A DNA stretch of 64,000 nucleotides, taken from NCBI GenBank assembly GCA_021372515.1, contig JAJFUG010000072.1, positions 379 through 64,378 of the forward strand, given 5' to 3'. Position numbers and translations under genes: made by a program. Source of the DNA: a bacterium (GTDB taxonomy: Bacteria; Gemmatimonadota; Glassbacteria; GWA2-58-10). This document shows, one piece after another, positions 1 to 10,154 of this stretch. How positions within the stretch are numbered: the stretch's first letter is position 1; the number at the start of each line of letters is the position of its first letter. Under the pieces are notes generated by a model. The model saw nothing but the letters and a program-made list of their open reading frames with translations, had not been told where the DNA came from and ran no database searches.

Positions 1-1861
1 TATGCAGGTTGGTAGTGGAGTGGTCCGGGTCGGGGTGGAACACCACCCGGTTGAAGGCATAACTGAGCGACAGGGCGCTGCTCAGTTTCACTTTGGGCCG
101 GAACACGTACTGACGGAACTCGCGGTCGAAATTGCGGCCGCTGGTGATTATCCAGCTCGTGTTGTTCCAGGATTGCAGGTTGTAGCCGCCCTCCATGAAC
201 CGGCTGTGGTTGTGGAAACGCTTCTCGTACAGCTCGGTTAGGTAGTTGTTGCCCGCTCCGAGCAGCCATTTGTTCAGGAAACTTACGGCCATCCACTGGT
301 CCAGCTCCACGTGCCGCAGCGACCCGTCATAGCCCCAGTACACGTCGTTCGTGGTGAACCCCTGGACCTTGTCTATGCCGTGACTGTTGATCCAGTGCAC
401 GAAATTGGCGTTGGTGTCGAGCCGCCGCAGATTGTCGTCCTGGATGTAGCCCACCTTGTTCACGTTGTCCCGGAAACCCGGATCGATGCTCTCGTACATC
501 AGGTGGTAGCCGTACAGCTCGGTCTCGCGGACGGCGCGGACAAACCAGGCCTTGCTGGAGACGCCCTCGGAGGGGAAACTGCCCACCAACTGCGAGGTCA
601 GCTTGACGTGCGAGGGCAGGTTGAACGTGGCATCCGTGGAGAGCACACGGTTGTAGCCGCCGTCATAGCTGCGGTTCACCGCGGTGAGCCCGATATTCGA
701 GGCGCCCAGGATATCGCGCTGCACCCGCGCCACAGTGAACAGGGCCGAGCTTTCGCCCCCGGCGGCGCGCTCGCGGGCGCCGAGCACGGAGTAGTTGAAC
801 GCCCCCACCCGTCCGTTGGACTTGGCCCCGAAATCCAGGTCACCCACCCGGCGCGAGTAGAACACGTTGAAATGGTCGTTGAAAAGCTCGGCCCCCTCCA
901 GGAAATAGAGGCGTTTCTCGGGGTAGAAAGTCTCGTAGCGGGTCAGGTTGATCTGGTCCTGGTCCGCCTCCACGGTGGCGAAATCGGGGTTGTAGGTCAG
1001 ATTGGCGTTGACCGAGCTGCCCAGGCCCAGCTTGAGGTCGGCTCCGCCCATCAGCTCGCTCCCGCCCGAGGCCAGGATTGTCCGCCGCCCGGTCGCGGGC
1101 GTGTTGGTGTCCAGGCCGACCAGGTACGGGTAGAGCGAGGCGCTGAAACCTTTCCGGAACGCGGGCAGGCCGGTCAGGTCGCCCGATTGCGAGACTTTCC
1201 AGGCCGTGTCGCGCTCCTGCCAGAAACTGGTCTCGAAATACTCGGGATAGTTGCGGCGGAAATTCACCCCCCAGGCGGCGGAGTCACCCTTGGGGATACG
1301 CAGCTCGGCCACCGGGATCGCCATTTCGGCGCTCCAGCCAGCCGAGTCCTCACGCGCGGCCACCTGCCAGGCGCAGTCCCAGCTCTTGTCGTTCGTGTTG
1401 CCGTCCTCGCCGATACGGCCATCCACCCGGATGCCCAGCGAGTTGGTGGAAAAGTAGTAGCAGTCGCGGCGGGTGTGGAAAGTATCCAGGTAGAGAGTGA
1501 CCGCGTTGTCGGTGTCCATGTCGCCGTCCGCGCGGTTGGTCTTGCTGTTCGTGGCGGGGCCGGCCGGGCTGGCGCAGCGCCAGGCGACATACATATGCCT
1601 GTCGTCGAACGCCACGGCCACGCGGGTTTCGGCGCGGGCGGGCGCGCCCGGAGAGGGCTTGAGCTGGCTGAACCCGCCCTGCCAGTCGGCCCCGGCCCAG
1701 AGCGGATCATCCAGCACGCCGTCGACAGCCGGGGCCACCGTGGCCCGCACGGCGTGGATGCTGCGGGTTGAGGCTTTTATATCCAGGACCTGCTGTGCGA
1801 CAAGAGGGCGATGGAATGCCAGAAAGGCGAGGGCCAGGACTACGCCGGCAAATCTTCGCAC
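1..1861 (-). CDS. Partial secreted protein with a CBM9-like/DUF5916-type N-terminal domain. The GTG start and signal peptide are in the window; the C-terminus lies beyond the window start.
   Basis: My reverse-strand translation from about 1861 reads VRRFAGVVLALAFLAFHRPLVAQQ (signal peptide), then ...ATVAPAVDGVLDDPLWAGADW...AVAFDDRHMYVAWRC..., which is protein-like. The overlapping + strand ORF 311..1771 has antisense-artifact composition. The track does not list this ORF because its stop is outside the window. Confidence 0.55.
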   Translation of the reverse strand, partial: MRRFAGVVLALAFLAFHRPLVAQQVLDIKASTRSIHAVRATVAPAVDGVLDDPLWAGADWQGGFSQLKPSPGAPARAETRVAVAFDDRHMYVAWRCASPAGPATNSKTNRADGDMDTDNAVTLYLDTFHTRRDCYYFSTNSLGIRVDGRIGEDGNTNDKSWDCAWQVAAREDSAGWSAEMAIPVAELRIPKGDSAAWGVNFRRNYPEYFETSFWQERDTAWKVSQSGDLTGLPAFRKGFSASLYPYLVGLDTNTPATGRRTILASGGSELMGGADLKLGLGSSVNANLTYNPDFATVEADQDQINLTRYETFYPEKRLYFLEGAELFNDHFNVFYSRRVGDLDFGAKSNGRVGAFNYSVLGARERAAGGESSALFTVARVQRDILGASNIGLTAVNRSYDGGYNRVLSTDATFNLPSHVKLTSQLVGSFPSEGVSSKAWFVRAVRETELYGYHLMYESIDPGFRDNVNKVGYIQDDNLRRLDTNANFVHWINSHGIDKVQGFTTNDVYWGYDGSLRHVELDQWMAVSFLNKWLLGAGNNYLTELYEKRFHNHSRFMEGGYNLQSWNNTSWIITSGRNFDREFRQYVFRPKVKLSSALSLSYAFNRVVFHPDPDHSTTNLH

Positions 1862-2147
1862 CGTGTTCTCTCCGCTGGGTTGGGGGGCGGGCGGGCTGGA
1901 GCAAGGGAACTGCCGGCGGCGGGACTGGTTTGGGCGGTCCCTTCGCACGGGTGTTAAGAAAAAATACACCCGCAATGGAGAGTCGTTCCCTTCTGGACTA
2001 CGGCGGAAGAATATATTACTTAACTGTTTGCGGGGCAACCGTGGGTGCGGCCAGTCTGCGGTTATCTGGATGGAGTCAATGGGCCATGAACAACAGGCCG
2101 AGGATTACGAACGGCGGGATGGCGATGGTATTGAATGTCACTCCGGT

Positions 2148-2525
2148 CTATTCCGTGGCCAATGAAAATAGAGCCAGAAGCGCCAGCGGCACTGCGATCA
2201 CGGCGATACATTTGGCTACGGTCAGGGCGTGCGACCGGGAGAAATCGATTTTCACGATGCGGTCTATCTCGACTCTCAGCGCCTGTCCATCGCTTTTCTG
2301 TATGACAGCCAGAGAGTCTACCGCGATCAGGCGGCCCTGGATAACCGAGGAGTCGGCCGTGACAATCCTGACCTCGTCGCCTACATAATCCTGCAGCAGC
2401 CCCTGGGTAAGGTTCTCATATACCGGAGGCAATCCGGTTCCGCTTTTCTCCCGTGCCGGGGCGCTGGCCGGCAGCGCCTGCAGGGCCGCCACGAGCAGAA
2501 AACATACAAGCCGGCAGTTTCTCAT
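2148..2525 (-). CDS. Hypothetical small exported protein with an N-terminal signal peptide and a C-terminal hydrophobic anchor.
   Basis: Track ORF of 125 aa. The N-terminus LVCFLLVAALQALPASA is signal-like and the C-terminus IAVIAVPLALLALFSL is TM-like. It overlaps the upstream gene by 4 nt, which suggests an operon. Confidence 0.5.
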   Translation of the reverse strand: MRNCRLVCFLLVAALQALPASAPAREKSGTGLPPVYENLTQGLLQDYVGDEVRIVTADSSVIQGRLIAVDSLAVIQKSDGQALRVEIDRIVKIDFSRSHALTVAKCIAVIAVPLALLALFSLATE

Positions 2526-3163
2526 GCGCCTGACTCGAGCTCGAGAAACAGAAGGAATAACGCGACACAGGTCGCGGCGCCGATGATTACCGTTTTCGTG
2601 ACCGCGGACATGTTCTTGGCGGCTTTGAGTCCGGCGATATCATCCCACGGGACAAAGCGGTGGAGCTTTGTCAGCAGCAGCCCGCTCTGACGCACCTCGA
2701 TCGGGCCCTTGTAGCTGTCGCCGTCCTTGAGGCTCACACGATAATTGTTTTTTCCCAGCGCTTGGATAAGCTGCAGCAGGGACGGGTCCGGGCGATGGGC
2801 CAGGTCCCCGGCCTGCAGAGGGACAGGCTTTTCTTTTTTACCGCGGGCAAAGCTGAGCGAATCGATGTCCGCCCAAGGGAAAAAGTCCTGTCTGCGGCTG
2901 TCGTTCACATTCAATCCGGTCTGTGCCCAGGCCTTGATTGTCAATCCCCCGGCCTGGACCGTGACAACCCCTTCCACTTCCTTTCCGTTGACCGGAAACA
3001 GGCGGCACCATGCGCCGCTGATTTCCTGCAGCAGGCAGAGAACCGCCGAATCCGGCGGCGCTCCGTGCAGGGAGCCGTCCCAGGCAGGTGCCGGCAACGG
3101 CAGGGCGAGGGCCAGGAGGCAGGGCAGGGCTGAACCGAGCCAAAACTTCCGGAAACTTTTCAT
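2522..3163 (-). CDS. Hypothetical exported protein (signal peptide plus C-terminal TM anchor). It is a paralog-like partner of the 2148..2525 gene.
   Basis: Track ORF 2522..3223. The likely start is the internal Met MKSFRKFWLGSALPCLLALALPLPAPA at about 3163. The C-terminus is the TM segment IIGAATCVALFLLFL. Confidence 0.5.
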   Translation of the reverse strand: MKSFRKFWLGSALPCLLALALPLPAPAWDGSLHGAPPDSAVLCLLQEISGAWCRLFPVNGKEVEGVVTVQAGGLTIKAWAQTGLNVNDSRRQDFFPWADIDSLSFARGKKEKPVPLQAGDLAHRPDPSLLQLIQALGKNNYRVSLKDGDSYKGPIEVRQSGLLLTKLHRFVPWDDIAGLKAAKNMSAVTKTVIIGAATCVALFLLFLELESGA

Positions 3164-3377
3164 AGGATTGTCGGAGTGGAATGTAACGGATATTTTGGTT
3201 TGAGGCTTTATTGAGCTTAGCAACTCTCGCAGCGGCTGTCAATGTTTCGATGAACAAGAATCAAAAGGGGTCACGGCAGACGGTGCCCCTGCAGGAGAAA
3301 TCCTCGAACAAAAAAAGAGGGCCGGTCTTTCGGCCGGCCCTCACGCAGATTCTCCTCTGTCTTGACGCTGTCGCTCG

Positions 3378-5177
3378 TTATTTCTGCTCCGGCTTCGGTT
3401 CATCGCCCTTCAGGTCCTCCGCTTTCGCGGGCAGGCCGCGCAGAAGGCTCATCGGCACCTTGAACGTGCGGGCCGTGCCACTGCGGCGCAGGTACACCGA
3501 CCGTCCCGCCTCCAGCGAGTCGCCGAACGCGGCCTGGGCCACCAGGCTGTCACCCTTGAAAAGGCCCACCCGCGCGGACGGTTTGCCGAAGCCCTGGCTC
3601 AGGCTGTCCGCGCCGCTTTCCGATACGATGCTCTCGAAATTTACGCCCTCGATGTCCCAGAGCAGGTTCTGCACTTTCCACTCCTTGGCCGGGGCTTTCT
3701 CCGGGGCGGTAAGCTGCCAGGTGTCGCCCTTTTTCTCGACCTCAAGCTTGTGGTCCGGGTACTCCAGGGCCACCCGGTTAACCGTGCCGGTGTCGAACTC
3801 GAAGATCTTGCGGTAGCGCAGATCGCGCCCGGCCGGGTCGAGGCGGCCCAGCACGCTGCTGTCCACCGCGGCCACGCCCGGCAGGCCAGTCACCCGCACC
3901 CAGACCAGCGAGTCCGCGGCCGAGGCGCACGCGAACTCCAGGCGGGTCACCGCGCCCGAGGCCGCCACACTCGCGGTCAACAGCGGCTGCTGGAACGCGG
4001 CGGCGAGCCTGGCCGGAAGCGGGTCGGCAAACTGGCGCGCGCGCAGGTCCTTGAGGTCCCACAACAGACCGTCCACCTGCGAGCCATCCGCCCGGGAGCG
4101 CTCGGGAACCAGAAGGCTCCACGCACCGGCGCTGTCCTTGCGCGCGGCCAGCGGGGCCTCGCCCGGACGGGCCAGGGCCAGGCTGTCGATCCGCTCGCGG
4201 GCCGCGTGCACCAGGGCCCGGTCGCGCAGGCGCGCCGGGTCGAGGAGAAGGCGCGACAGCAGCGAGACGGGCAGCACGTACACGTTGTCCATGCCCTGAC
4301 GGCGGGCGTAGTAGTTGCCAGTGGAATCCTTGCCGCCGAGGAACAGCCGCCGCTCGATCTCGCCTTTCTGTCCGCTCAGGCTGAGAGTGAACGCGGGATT
4401 GTCCAACCCGAAAGCTTTCAGCCCCCCGGCGGGCAGGCTGTCCACGAACGAAAGCGCCTCGGCCTCCTCCACCGCGCGCAGCAGCTCCTTGAGGCTGTCG
4501 CTCTCGGCCGGGGCGGCCAAGGGCGCGGTCAGCTCCCAGAGGCCGCTATCGCTCCGGCGGGCGGAAAAGACTGTCGCCGCGCCGCGCTCCAGGCTCAGGC
4601 TTTCCACCTGGTCGCTCGCGAAATGCAGGGCTTTCTTGTCCCGCAGGTCGGCGGCGTGCTTGTCCAGATCGGTCCGGGTCCAGGAGTTGAGCAGCAGCAC
4701 CCGCCGCGGACGGTCGAGGTTGACCGCATAGATAAAGCTTCCGGTGGGGTTCTTGGCCCCCAGGGCCAGGCGCAGCCCGGGTTTGCTTTCCACCTGAAGG
4801 CTCAGTGTCAGCTCCGGCTTGTCCAGCCCGAACGGGGCCAGGCTCGCGGCGCTGTCCTCCACCACCCGGTCGACCGCTGCATCCGCGGCGCTGCGGATGA
4901 GACGCGCCACCGCGGCGCTGTCGGCATCCGCGGCCAGGGGCCAGGTGATACGCCAGCCGGCCTGCGGCGAGCGGACCAGCACCAGGCTGTCCACACCCAG
5001 GCTGTCGTGGCGCAGCACGTGGAACGCGCTCACGCTGTCGGCGGAGAAGACCAGGGCCTTCTTATCCAGGTCGCTTTCTTTCTGGCGTTCCGCGCCGCCC
5101 TTGTACTCGTAGAAATAGTAGACCAGACCCAGCACCAGAAACAGCGCCAGGTAAATCAACGGCTTGCGCGCGCTCAT
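3378..5177 (-). CDS. DUF4340-domain protein, the usual partner of GldG-like ABC auxiliary proteins.
   Basis: Track ORF of 599 aa with the N-terminal TM segment LIYLALFLVLGLVYYF. It overlaps the upstream gldG-like gene by 4 nt. Its repeated LxxPxxTxxL-type segments are typical of DUF4340. Confidence 0.7.
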   Translation of the reverse strand: MSARKPLIYLALFLVLGLVYYFYEYKGGAERQKESDLDKKALVFSADSVSAFHVLRHDSLGVDSLVLVRSPQAGWRITWPLAADADSAAVARLIRSAADAAVDRVVEDSAASLAPFGLDKPELTLSLQVESKPGLRLALGAKNPTGSFIYAVNLDRPRRVLLLNSWTRTDLDKHAADLRDKKALHFASDQVESLSLERGAATVFSARRSDSGLWELTAPLAAPAESDSLKELLRAVEEAEALSFVDSLPAGGLKAFGLDNPAFTLSLSGQKGEIERRLFLGGKDSTGNYYARRQGMDNVYVLPVSLLSRLLLDPARLRDRALVHAARERIDSLALARPGEAPLAARKDSAGAWSLLVPERSRADGSQVDGLLWDLKDLRARQFADPLPARLAAAFQQPLLTASVAASGAVTRLEFACASAADSLVWVRVTGLPGVAAVDSSVLGRLDPAGRDLRYRKIFEFDTGTVNRVALEYPDHKLEVEKKGDTWQLTAPEKAPAKEWKVQNLLWDIEGVNFESIVSESGADSLSQGFGKPSARVGLFKGDSLVAQAAFGDSLEAGRSVYLRRSGTARTFKVPMSLLRGLPAKAEDLKGDEPKPEQK

Positions 5178-6772
5178 CGCTTCGCCCTCCGACGCAGCCG
5201 GATGAAGACCCCGGTCAGGATGATGACCAGCGGCAGGGCCACCAGGGTGACCACGGCCATGGTCAGCATGTCCGAGCGCTCCAGCACCAGAGGGGTGTTC
5301 TCGGTCTCGCGCGGCTGGATCGTGATATCTTCATTTTGGCCGCGCAGCCAGCGCAGGCAGTTGAGCAGAAGGTCACGGTTGCCCAGCTGCTCGATATAGG
5401 TGTCCGAGATGAAATCGCCGTCCCCGATAACCACCAGACGGGCCGCGCGCGGCTTGGCCGTGCTGTCGGCCGCGGTGCTGTCCTCGTGCTGGAAGAACGA
5501 GGGCTCCAGCTCCACGCTCACCCCCAGGCTCACCTTGTGGCCCTGGTCCGAGGCGCGCTGGATCACCTGGTCGAAATTATTCTGCAGAGTGCCCAGGTCG
5601 CTCTCGGCCCAGCTTTTCTCGCTCGACTCCAGGAATCGGTTCACCGTGGCCCCCGGGGGCGGCACGCTGTCCGGGGCCACCGAGCGCACCATGTCGAACA
5701 CCGTGCCCACATCGAAGAAACGGGTGATGTCGTGGGTCGGGTAGTCCTTGACCAGGAAAGCGAAGGGGCTGTTGGGCGAGCCGCGCAGCATGTCGACCAC
5801 GATGTCATGGCCGGCTTTAACCCCGTAGCGGCCGAGCTGCTCGGTCAGCAGGGTGTCGGGCATGAACGGTTCGAGCAGGAACAGGGCCCGTCCGCCACGG
5901 GCCAGGAACGAGTCGATGTCTTTCAGTTCCACGGGCAGGAAATCTTTCTTGGGGCCGTCGACAATCAGGATGTCGCAACTGTCGGGCACCCCCTTGCCCG
6001 TGGCCAGGAACGCCTCGCGCACCGGGCCGATCTGGTCCTCGATGCTCTGGCGCACCCGGCTGACCGAGTAGGGGTCGCCCTGGTCCGTGCCCGGCTCGCC
6101 GTGGCCGGTGGTGAAATAGACCGCCCCCCGCGCGCCGGGGCTGGCCCCGCCGATGAGCGAGTTGATCGAGCTGGTGAGCTTGGCCTCCTGCTCGCTGAAT
6201 ATCTTGTCGGTCTTCTCGCCGTAGCGAATTAGCACCGTACTGGTGCTCGTGATACCCATCTGCATGGCCAGCAGCGGGTTGCGGTCGATGTCGATCTTCT
6301 CGAACTTGAAACGCTTGCTCTGAAGGGAATAGGTCTCCAGAAGGTCGAGCAGCGGCTGCTTGGTGCGCAGGTCACCCTCGCCGCGGTAGAACACGTAGAC
6401 ATTCAGGTCCAGGGTGTCGCGGTCCAGCTTTTCCAGCACCTGACGGCTCTGCAGGGCCAGGGAGTGGGTCTTGTTCTTGGTCAGGTCCCAGCGGTGGTTG
6501 TGCTTCTCACTGAACAGGGCCGCCAGCACCAGGATGCCGATGAAGAGCAGCGACATGGAGACCGAGACCGCGCCGTAGCGCGCCGCGCGGCGGGTGAACA
6601 GCATCCCCAGTTCGGACAGGTTGCGCGCCACGTAGAAACCCAGCGCCAGCGCGGCCAGCGCCCAGGTGACAATGTACCAGAGTCCCACCCCGGCCTGCGC
6701 GACCTTGACCACATAGCCGGCGACCGCGAGCAGCACTCCCAGAATCAGAAATATGAATGAACGGGTGGCCAT
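5174..6772 (-). CDS. gldG: GldG-like ABC transporter auxiliary protein (ABC-type uncharacterized transport system family).
   Basis: Track ORF of 532 aa with N- and C-terminal TM segments flanking a large extracytoplasmic domain. It sits directly downstream of the ABC ATPase and ABC-2 permease genes. Confidence 0.75.
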   Translation of the reverse strand: MATRSFIFLILGVLLAVAGYVVKVAQAGVGLWYIVTWALAALALGFYVARNLSELGMLFTRRAARYGAVSVSMSLLFIGILVLAALFSEKHNHRWDLTKNKTHSLALQSRQVLEKLDRDTLDLNVYVFYRGEGDLRTKQPLLDLLETYSLQSKRFKFEKIDIDRNPLLAMQMGITSTSTVLIRYGEKTDKIFSEQEAKLTSSINSLIGGASPGARGAVYFTTGHGEPGTDQGDPYSVSRVRQSIEDQIGPVREAFLATGKGVPDSCDILIVDGPKKDFLPVELKDIDSFLARGGRALFLLEPFMPDTLLTEQLGRYGVKAGHDIVVDMLRGSPNSPFAFLVKDYPTHDITRFFDVGTVFDMVRSVAPDSVPPPGATVNRFLESSEKSWAESDLGTLQNNFDQVIQRASDQGHKVSLGVSVELEPSFFQHEDSTAADSTAKPRAARLVVIGDGDFISDTYIEQLGNRDLLLNCLRWLRGQNEDITIQPRETENTPLVLERSDMLTMAVVTLVALPLVIILTGVFIRLRRRAKR

Positions 6773-6778
6773 CGGTGC

Positions 6779-7549
6779 TCAGCTCCTCCACTTTTTGGAT
6801 TCCAGGACCCGGAGAGTCAGGAACAGCCAGAGCAGGATGAAACTTGCGTAGAATATCACATCCCGCGTGTCGATCACGCCCTCGGCGAAGTTGTTGAAAT
6901 GCTCGAGGATCGACAGGTGACGAAGTATCTGGTTGCCCTCGCTCCAGAAACTCATGAACCAGAATGTCAGCAGCACGGCGAAAGTGGCCACCGCGGCGAT
7001 GATCTGGTTCTCGGTAAGGGAGGAGATGAAAAGCCCCAGGGCGATGAACGAGCCGGCCAGGAGAAGAATCCCCAAATAGCCGCTGGCCAGGGTGCCGGTC
7101 TCGGGCTGGGAGTGGAGGTAGAGGAACATGGGGTAGATCAAAGTCAGACCGAGCATGATCACGAACAGGCTCAGGGCCGACAGGTACTTGCCCAGGAGCA
7201 CGTCCAGATCGGTGAGCGGGTAGGTGAGCAGCAGCTCGATCGTGCCGCTCTTGCGCTCCTCGGCGAACGGTTTCATCGTGATGAGCGGCAGGATGAACAG
7301 CATGATCACGCTCATGTTGCCCAGCAGCGGCCGGATCACGCGCATGGTGATGTTCAGGTTGTAGCCGCCGCCGTAGGGCGACTGGTTCATCGAGGCCATG
7401 CTGAAATCGCTGACAAAGAGCATGAAGAAAATGCCGGTCAGCAGGATGAAAAACAGCATCACCACGTAGGCGATGGGCGAGTAGAAATAGCTTTTCAGCT
7501 CGCGCTTGTAGACAGGCCAGAAACCCATTTTATCTTTCGCCCTCCTCAA
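6779..7549 (-). CDS. gldF: ABC-2 family transporter permease (GldF-like).
   Basis: Track ORF of 256 aa, polytopic membrane protein. It overlaps the upstream ATPase gene by 4 nt. Confidence 0.8.
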   Translation of the reverse strand: MRRAKDKMGFWPVYKRELKSYFYSPIAYVVMLFFILLTGIFFMLFVSDFSMASMNQSPYGGGYNLNITMRVIRPLLGNMSVIMLFILPLITMKPFAEERKSGTIELLLTYPLTDLDVLLGKYLSALSLFVIMLGLTLIYPMFLYLHSQPETGTLASGYLGILLLAGSFIALGLFISSLTENQIIAAVATFAVLLTFWFMSFWSEGNQILRHLSILEHFNNFAEGVIDTRDVIFYASFILLWLFLTLRVLESKKWRS

Positions 7550-8487
7550 GCGTTCCGGGTGATTATCTGCATGAATATTTCCTCGAGGCTCAGACGGTTG
7601 GGCCGCAGCTCCAGAAGGCCCGCGCCAGCGCCGGCCACGGCCTCGGCCACGGCGCGCCGGATGTCGGCCTCGCGCTCGGCCAGAACCATAAGCTCGGTCT
7701 CGCCCTGCGGGGCGGCCGGGCCGGTCAGGCGCACCGAGGCCACACCCTTGAGCGCGGCCAGGCGCCTTTCCAGTTCAGGCGTGCAGCTTTCCACCCGCAC
7801 GGTGACGCTGCCGCCGCGGCCGCTGCCACCGGTGAGGTTCTCCAGCGAATCCTCGGCCACGATCCGTCCCTCGTTGATTATTATCACCCGCTTGCAGACC
7901 GCGCTCACCTCGGGCAGGATATGCGTGCTCAGGATGATCGTGTGCTCGCCGGCCAGGGAGTTGATCAACTCCCGTATCTCGATGATCTGGGCCGGGTCGA
8001 GGCCGGTGGTCGGCTCATCCATGATCAGCACCTGCGGGTCGTTCACGATGGCCTGGGCCAGTCCCACCCGCTGACGGTAGCCCTTCGAAAGCGCGCCGAT
8101 CAGACGGTTATTCACCTTGTCCAGTCCGCACTGGGCGGTGACTTTATCCAGACGGGCGCGGCGCTCGCTCGGGGCGACCCGCTTGGCCTCGGCCACGAAA
8201 CGCAGGTACTCGCTGACGGTCATGTCGTTGTAGAGGGAGACATTCTCGGGCAGGTAGCCCAGGGCGCGCTTGACCGCCAGCGGCTCGCGGTCCACCGCGT
8301 GGCCGGCCACCACCGCCTGCCCGCTGGTCGCCGGGAGGAACCCGTTCAGGATGCGCATGGTCGTGGTCTTGCCAGCCCCGTTCGGACCCAGGAACCCCAC
8401 GATCTCGCCCTTGCCCACGCTGAACGAGATGTCCCGCAGCACCTGGAACGCCCCGTAGAACTTGTTCACCGATTGCAACTCGATCAT
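7546..8487 (-). CDS. gldA: ABC transporter ATP-binding protein (GldA-like).
   Basis: Track ORF of 313 aa. Walker A GPNGAGKTT, ABC signature LSKGYRQRVGLA, Walker B LIMDEPTTGLD. An AGGAGA-type RBS lies upstream. Confidence 0.9.
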   Translation of the reverse strand: MIELQSVNKFYGAFQVLRDISFSVGKGEIVGFLGPNGAGKTTTMRILNGFLPATSGQAVVAGHAVDREPLAVKRALGYLPENVSLYNDMTVSEYLRFVAEAKRVAPSERRARLDKVTAQCGLDKVNNRLIGALSKGYRQRVGLAQAIVNDPQVLIMDEPTTGLDPAQIIEIRELINSLAGEHTIILSTHILPEVSAVCKRVIIINEGRIVAEDSLENLTGGSGRGGSVTVRVESCTPELERRLAALKGVASVRLTGPAAPQGETELMVLAEREADIRRAVAEAVAGAGAGLLELRPNRLSLEEIFMQIITRNA

Positions 8488-8721
8488 CTACTCACATCTC
8501 CTTCCCGGTGGCAGATAACCCTTACTCCAACTTTTATTGACCTCAAATCGGGCAATCTTTACATCAAACCTATACTTCCTTACAAGCTCCATGCCAGGCC
8601 GGATGAAAAATCAAGGCGCGTTTTTCACAATGACTTACCTGTGCGCTATCTGCCCGGCCCGCCCTGGGCATAGCGCAGCCTCGCTCCAAATGGGGCAGAT
8701 CAGCGCCCGCAGGAATAACAA

Positions 8722-8760
8722 ACGGGCGGCCCGCAACAGGACCGCCCGCATTCGTTCGAT
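8722..8760 (-). terminator. Probable intrinsic terminator of the cold-shock gene. On the - strand it is a GC stem (GGGCGG...CCGCCC) followed by TTTGTTATT.
   Basis: Forward sequence acgggcggcccgcaacaggaccgcccg. The reverse complement is followed by a T-rich run. Confidence 0.4.
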
Positions 8761-8801
8761 TTCAGTTTTTGCCGGCGCCGCTTCATTCTCGCCAGACCCG
8801 C

Positions 8802-9008
8802 TCAGTCCTCCAGCGGTTTGACATTGGCCGCCTGCAGCCCCTTGGGGCCCTCGACCACGTCAAACTGCACTTTCTGGTTCTCGTACAGGGATTTGAACCC
8901 CTCGCGCTGGATGGCGCTGAAATGCACGAACACATCCTGGCCGCCATCCTGCTCGATGAAACCGAAGCCCTTGGCGTCGTTGAACCACTTGACTTTTCCC
9001 AGCGGCAT
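8802..9008 (-). CDS. cspA: Cold-shock protein, CspA family.
   Basis: [63 protein letters not shown] contains the RNP1/RNP2 motifs. The track ORF 8802..9119 has an upstream extension; the real start is the internal Met at about 9008. Confidence 0.9.
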   Translation of the reverse strand: MPLGKVKWFNDAKGFGFIEQDGGQDVFVHFSAIQREGFKSLYENQKVQFDVVEGPKGLQAANVKPLED

Positions 9009-9261
9009 GACCGGTGCTCCTGCGAAAGCATTGACAACTGGCCGTCCGGAGCGGACGGCTGGAAATGGAAAGAGGGCGTGCGCCCGAAAAAATATTAAAA
9101 CCCGCCATACACTTAGCAAGAAAAATCTTTACCTTCGCGCAATGTCCGTGAGCCGCTTCCACGGTTCCGCAGCGGCTCTGGGATTGACAGGGGCGGCGAT
9201 GGAGTTATTTTAGGCTCTGCACATTCGCAATCAAAACGAACCACAAGCGGAGCGCCCCCCG

Positions 9262-10089
9262 GTGAACGCGAGCCTGCTCGACCTTTATCTGGACTTGCTC
9301 AAAAAGGCCCTTTCCTATTCGCTCTGGGAGGAGCCGGGCGTGCCGGTGGACGCCTTCGCCTCGCGGCGGCATGCCCCCCAGCGGCTGTTCCTGCGCGCCC
9401 TGACCGGGGTCCTCGGCCGCCTGGGCTATCAGTTGGTCAAGCCCGTGCACTACAGCGCCGAGCAGCGCGAGACCGGTCAGATCTGGCCCATGCAGGCCGA
9501 CACCATGATCGGCATGCGGCGGCTGGACAACCTGCGCCGCTGCGTGGAGACAGTCCTGGCCGACAACGTTCCGGGAGACCTGATCGAGACCGGGGTCTGG
9601 CGCGGCGGGGCCTCTATTTTTATTAAAGCGGTGCTCGAAGCCCACGGCTCCACCGGACGCCGCCTGTTTGTGGCCGACTCGTTCCAGGGCCTGCCGCCGC
9701 CCGAGCTGGAGCGGTTCCCGCAGGACCGCGGCGACAAGCTGCACAAGTTCGATTTCCTGGCGGTCTCGCAGGAGCAGGTGGAGGAGAATTTCCGCAAGTA
9801 CGGGCTGCTGGATGAGAGCGTGGTGTTCCTCAAGGGCTGGTTCAAGGACACCCTGCCCGCCGCCCCCATCGAGCGGCTGGCCCTGATCCGGCTGGACGGA
9901 GACATGTACAGCTCGACCATGGACGCCCTGGGGGCGCTCTACCCAAAGCTCAGCCCGGGCGGGTTCTGCATCATCGACGACTACAACCTGAAAACCTGCC
10001 GCGAGGCCACGGTGGATTACCGCCGGGAGCACGGGATCAGCGCGACGGTGCAGCCCATCGACGGCCAGGGCGTGTTCTGGCGGAAATGA
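9262..10089 (+). CDS. TylF/MycF-family (macrocin O-methyltransferase-like) SAM-dependent O-methyltransferase.
   Basis: Track ORF of 275 aa with a GTG start. Motifs GDLIETGVWRGG and LIRLDGDMYSSTMDAL are typical of the TylF family. Confidence 0.8.
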   Translation: MNASLLDLYLDLLKKALSYSLWEEPGVPVDAFASRRHAPQRLFLRALTGVLGRLGYQLVKPVHYSAEQRETGQIWPMQADTMIGMRRLDNLRRCVETVLADNVPGDLIETGVWRGGASIFIKAVLEAHGSTGRRLFVADSFQGLPPPELERFPQDRGDKLHKFDFLAVSQEQVEENFRKYGLLDESVVFLKGWFKDTLPAAPIERLALIRLDGDMYSSTMDALGALYPKLSPGGFCIIDDYNLKTCREATVDYRREHGISATVQPIDGQGVFWRK

Positions 10090-10111
10090 GCCGCAGGGAA
10101 GGCGTTATTGG

Positions 10112-10131
10112 GCACGGAGCACCGTGCCCCT
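10112..10131. repeat. GC-rich palindrome, family A (GGGCACGG-agca-CCGTGCCC).
   Basis: Perfect 8-bp arms. It is one of seven copies of this core in the window. Confidence 0.7.
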
Positions 10132-10154
10132 GCAACGAGATCAGAGAGCATTCG

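Noticed and set aside
311-1771. 486-aa + strand ORF
   Set aside because: Its Val/Gly/Arg/His-rich composition is typical of antisense reading of a GC-rich gene. The opposite strand encodes a convincing secreted CBM9-like protein.
3750-5399. 549-aa + strand ORF
   Set aside because: Antisense to the DUF4340 and gldG-like genes, with Arg/Ala/Gly-rich low complexity.
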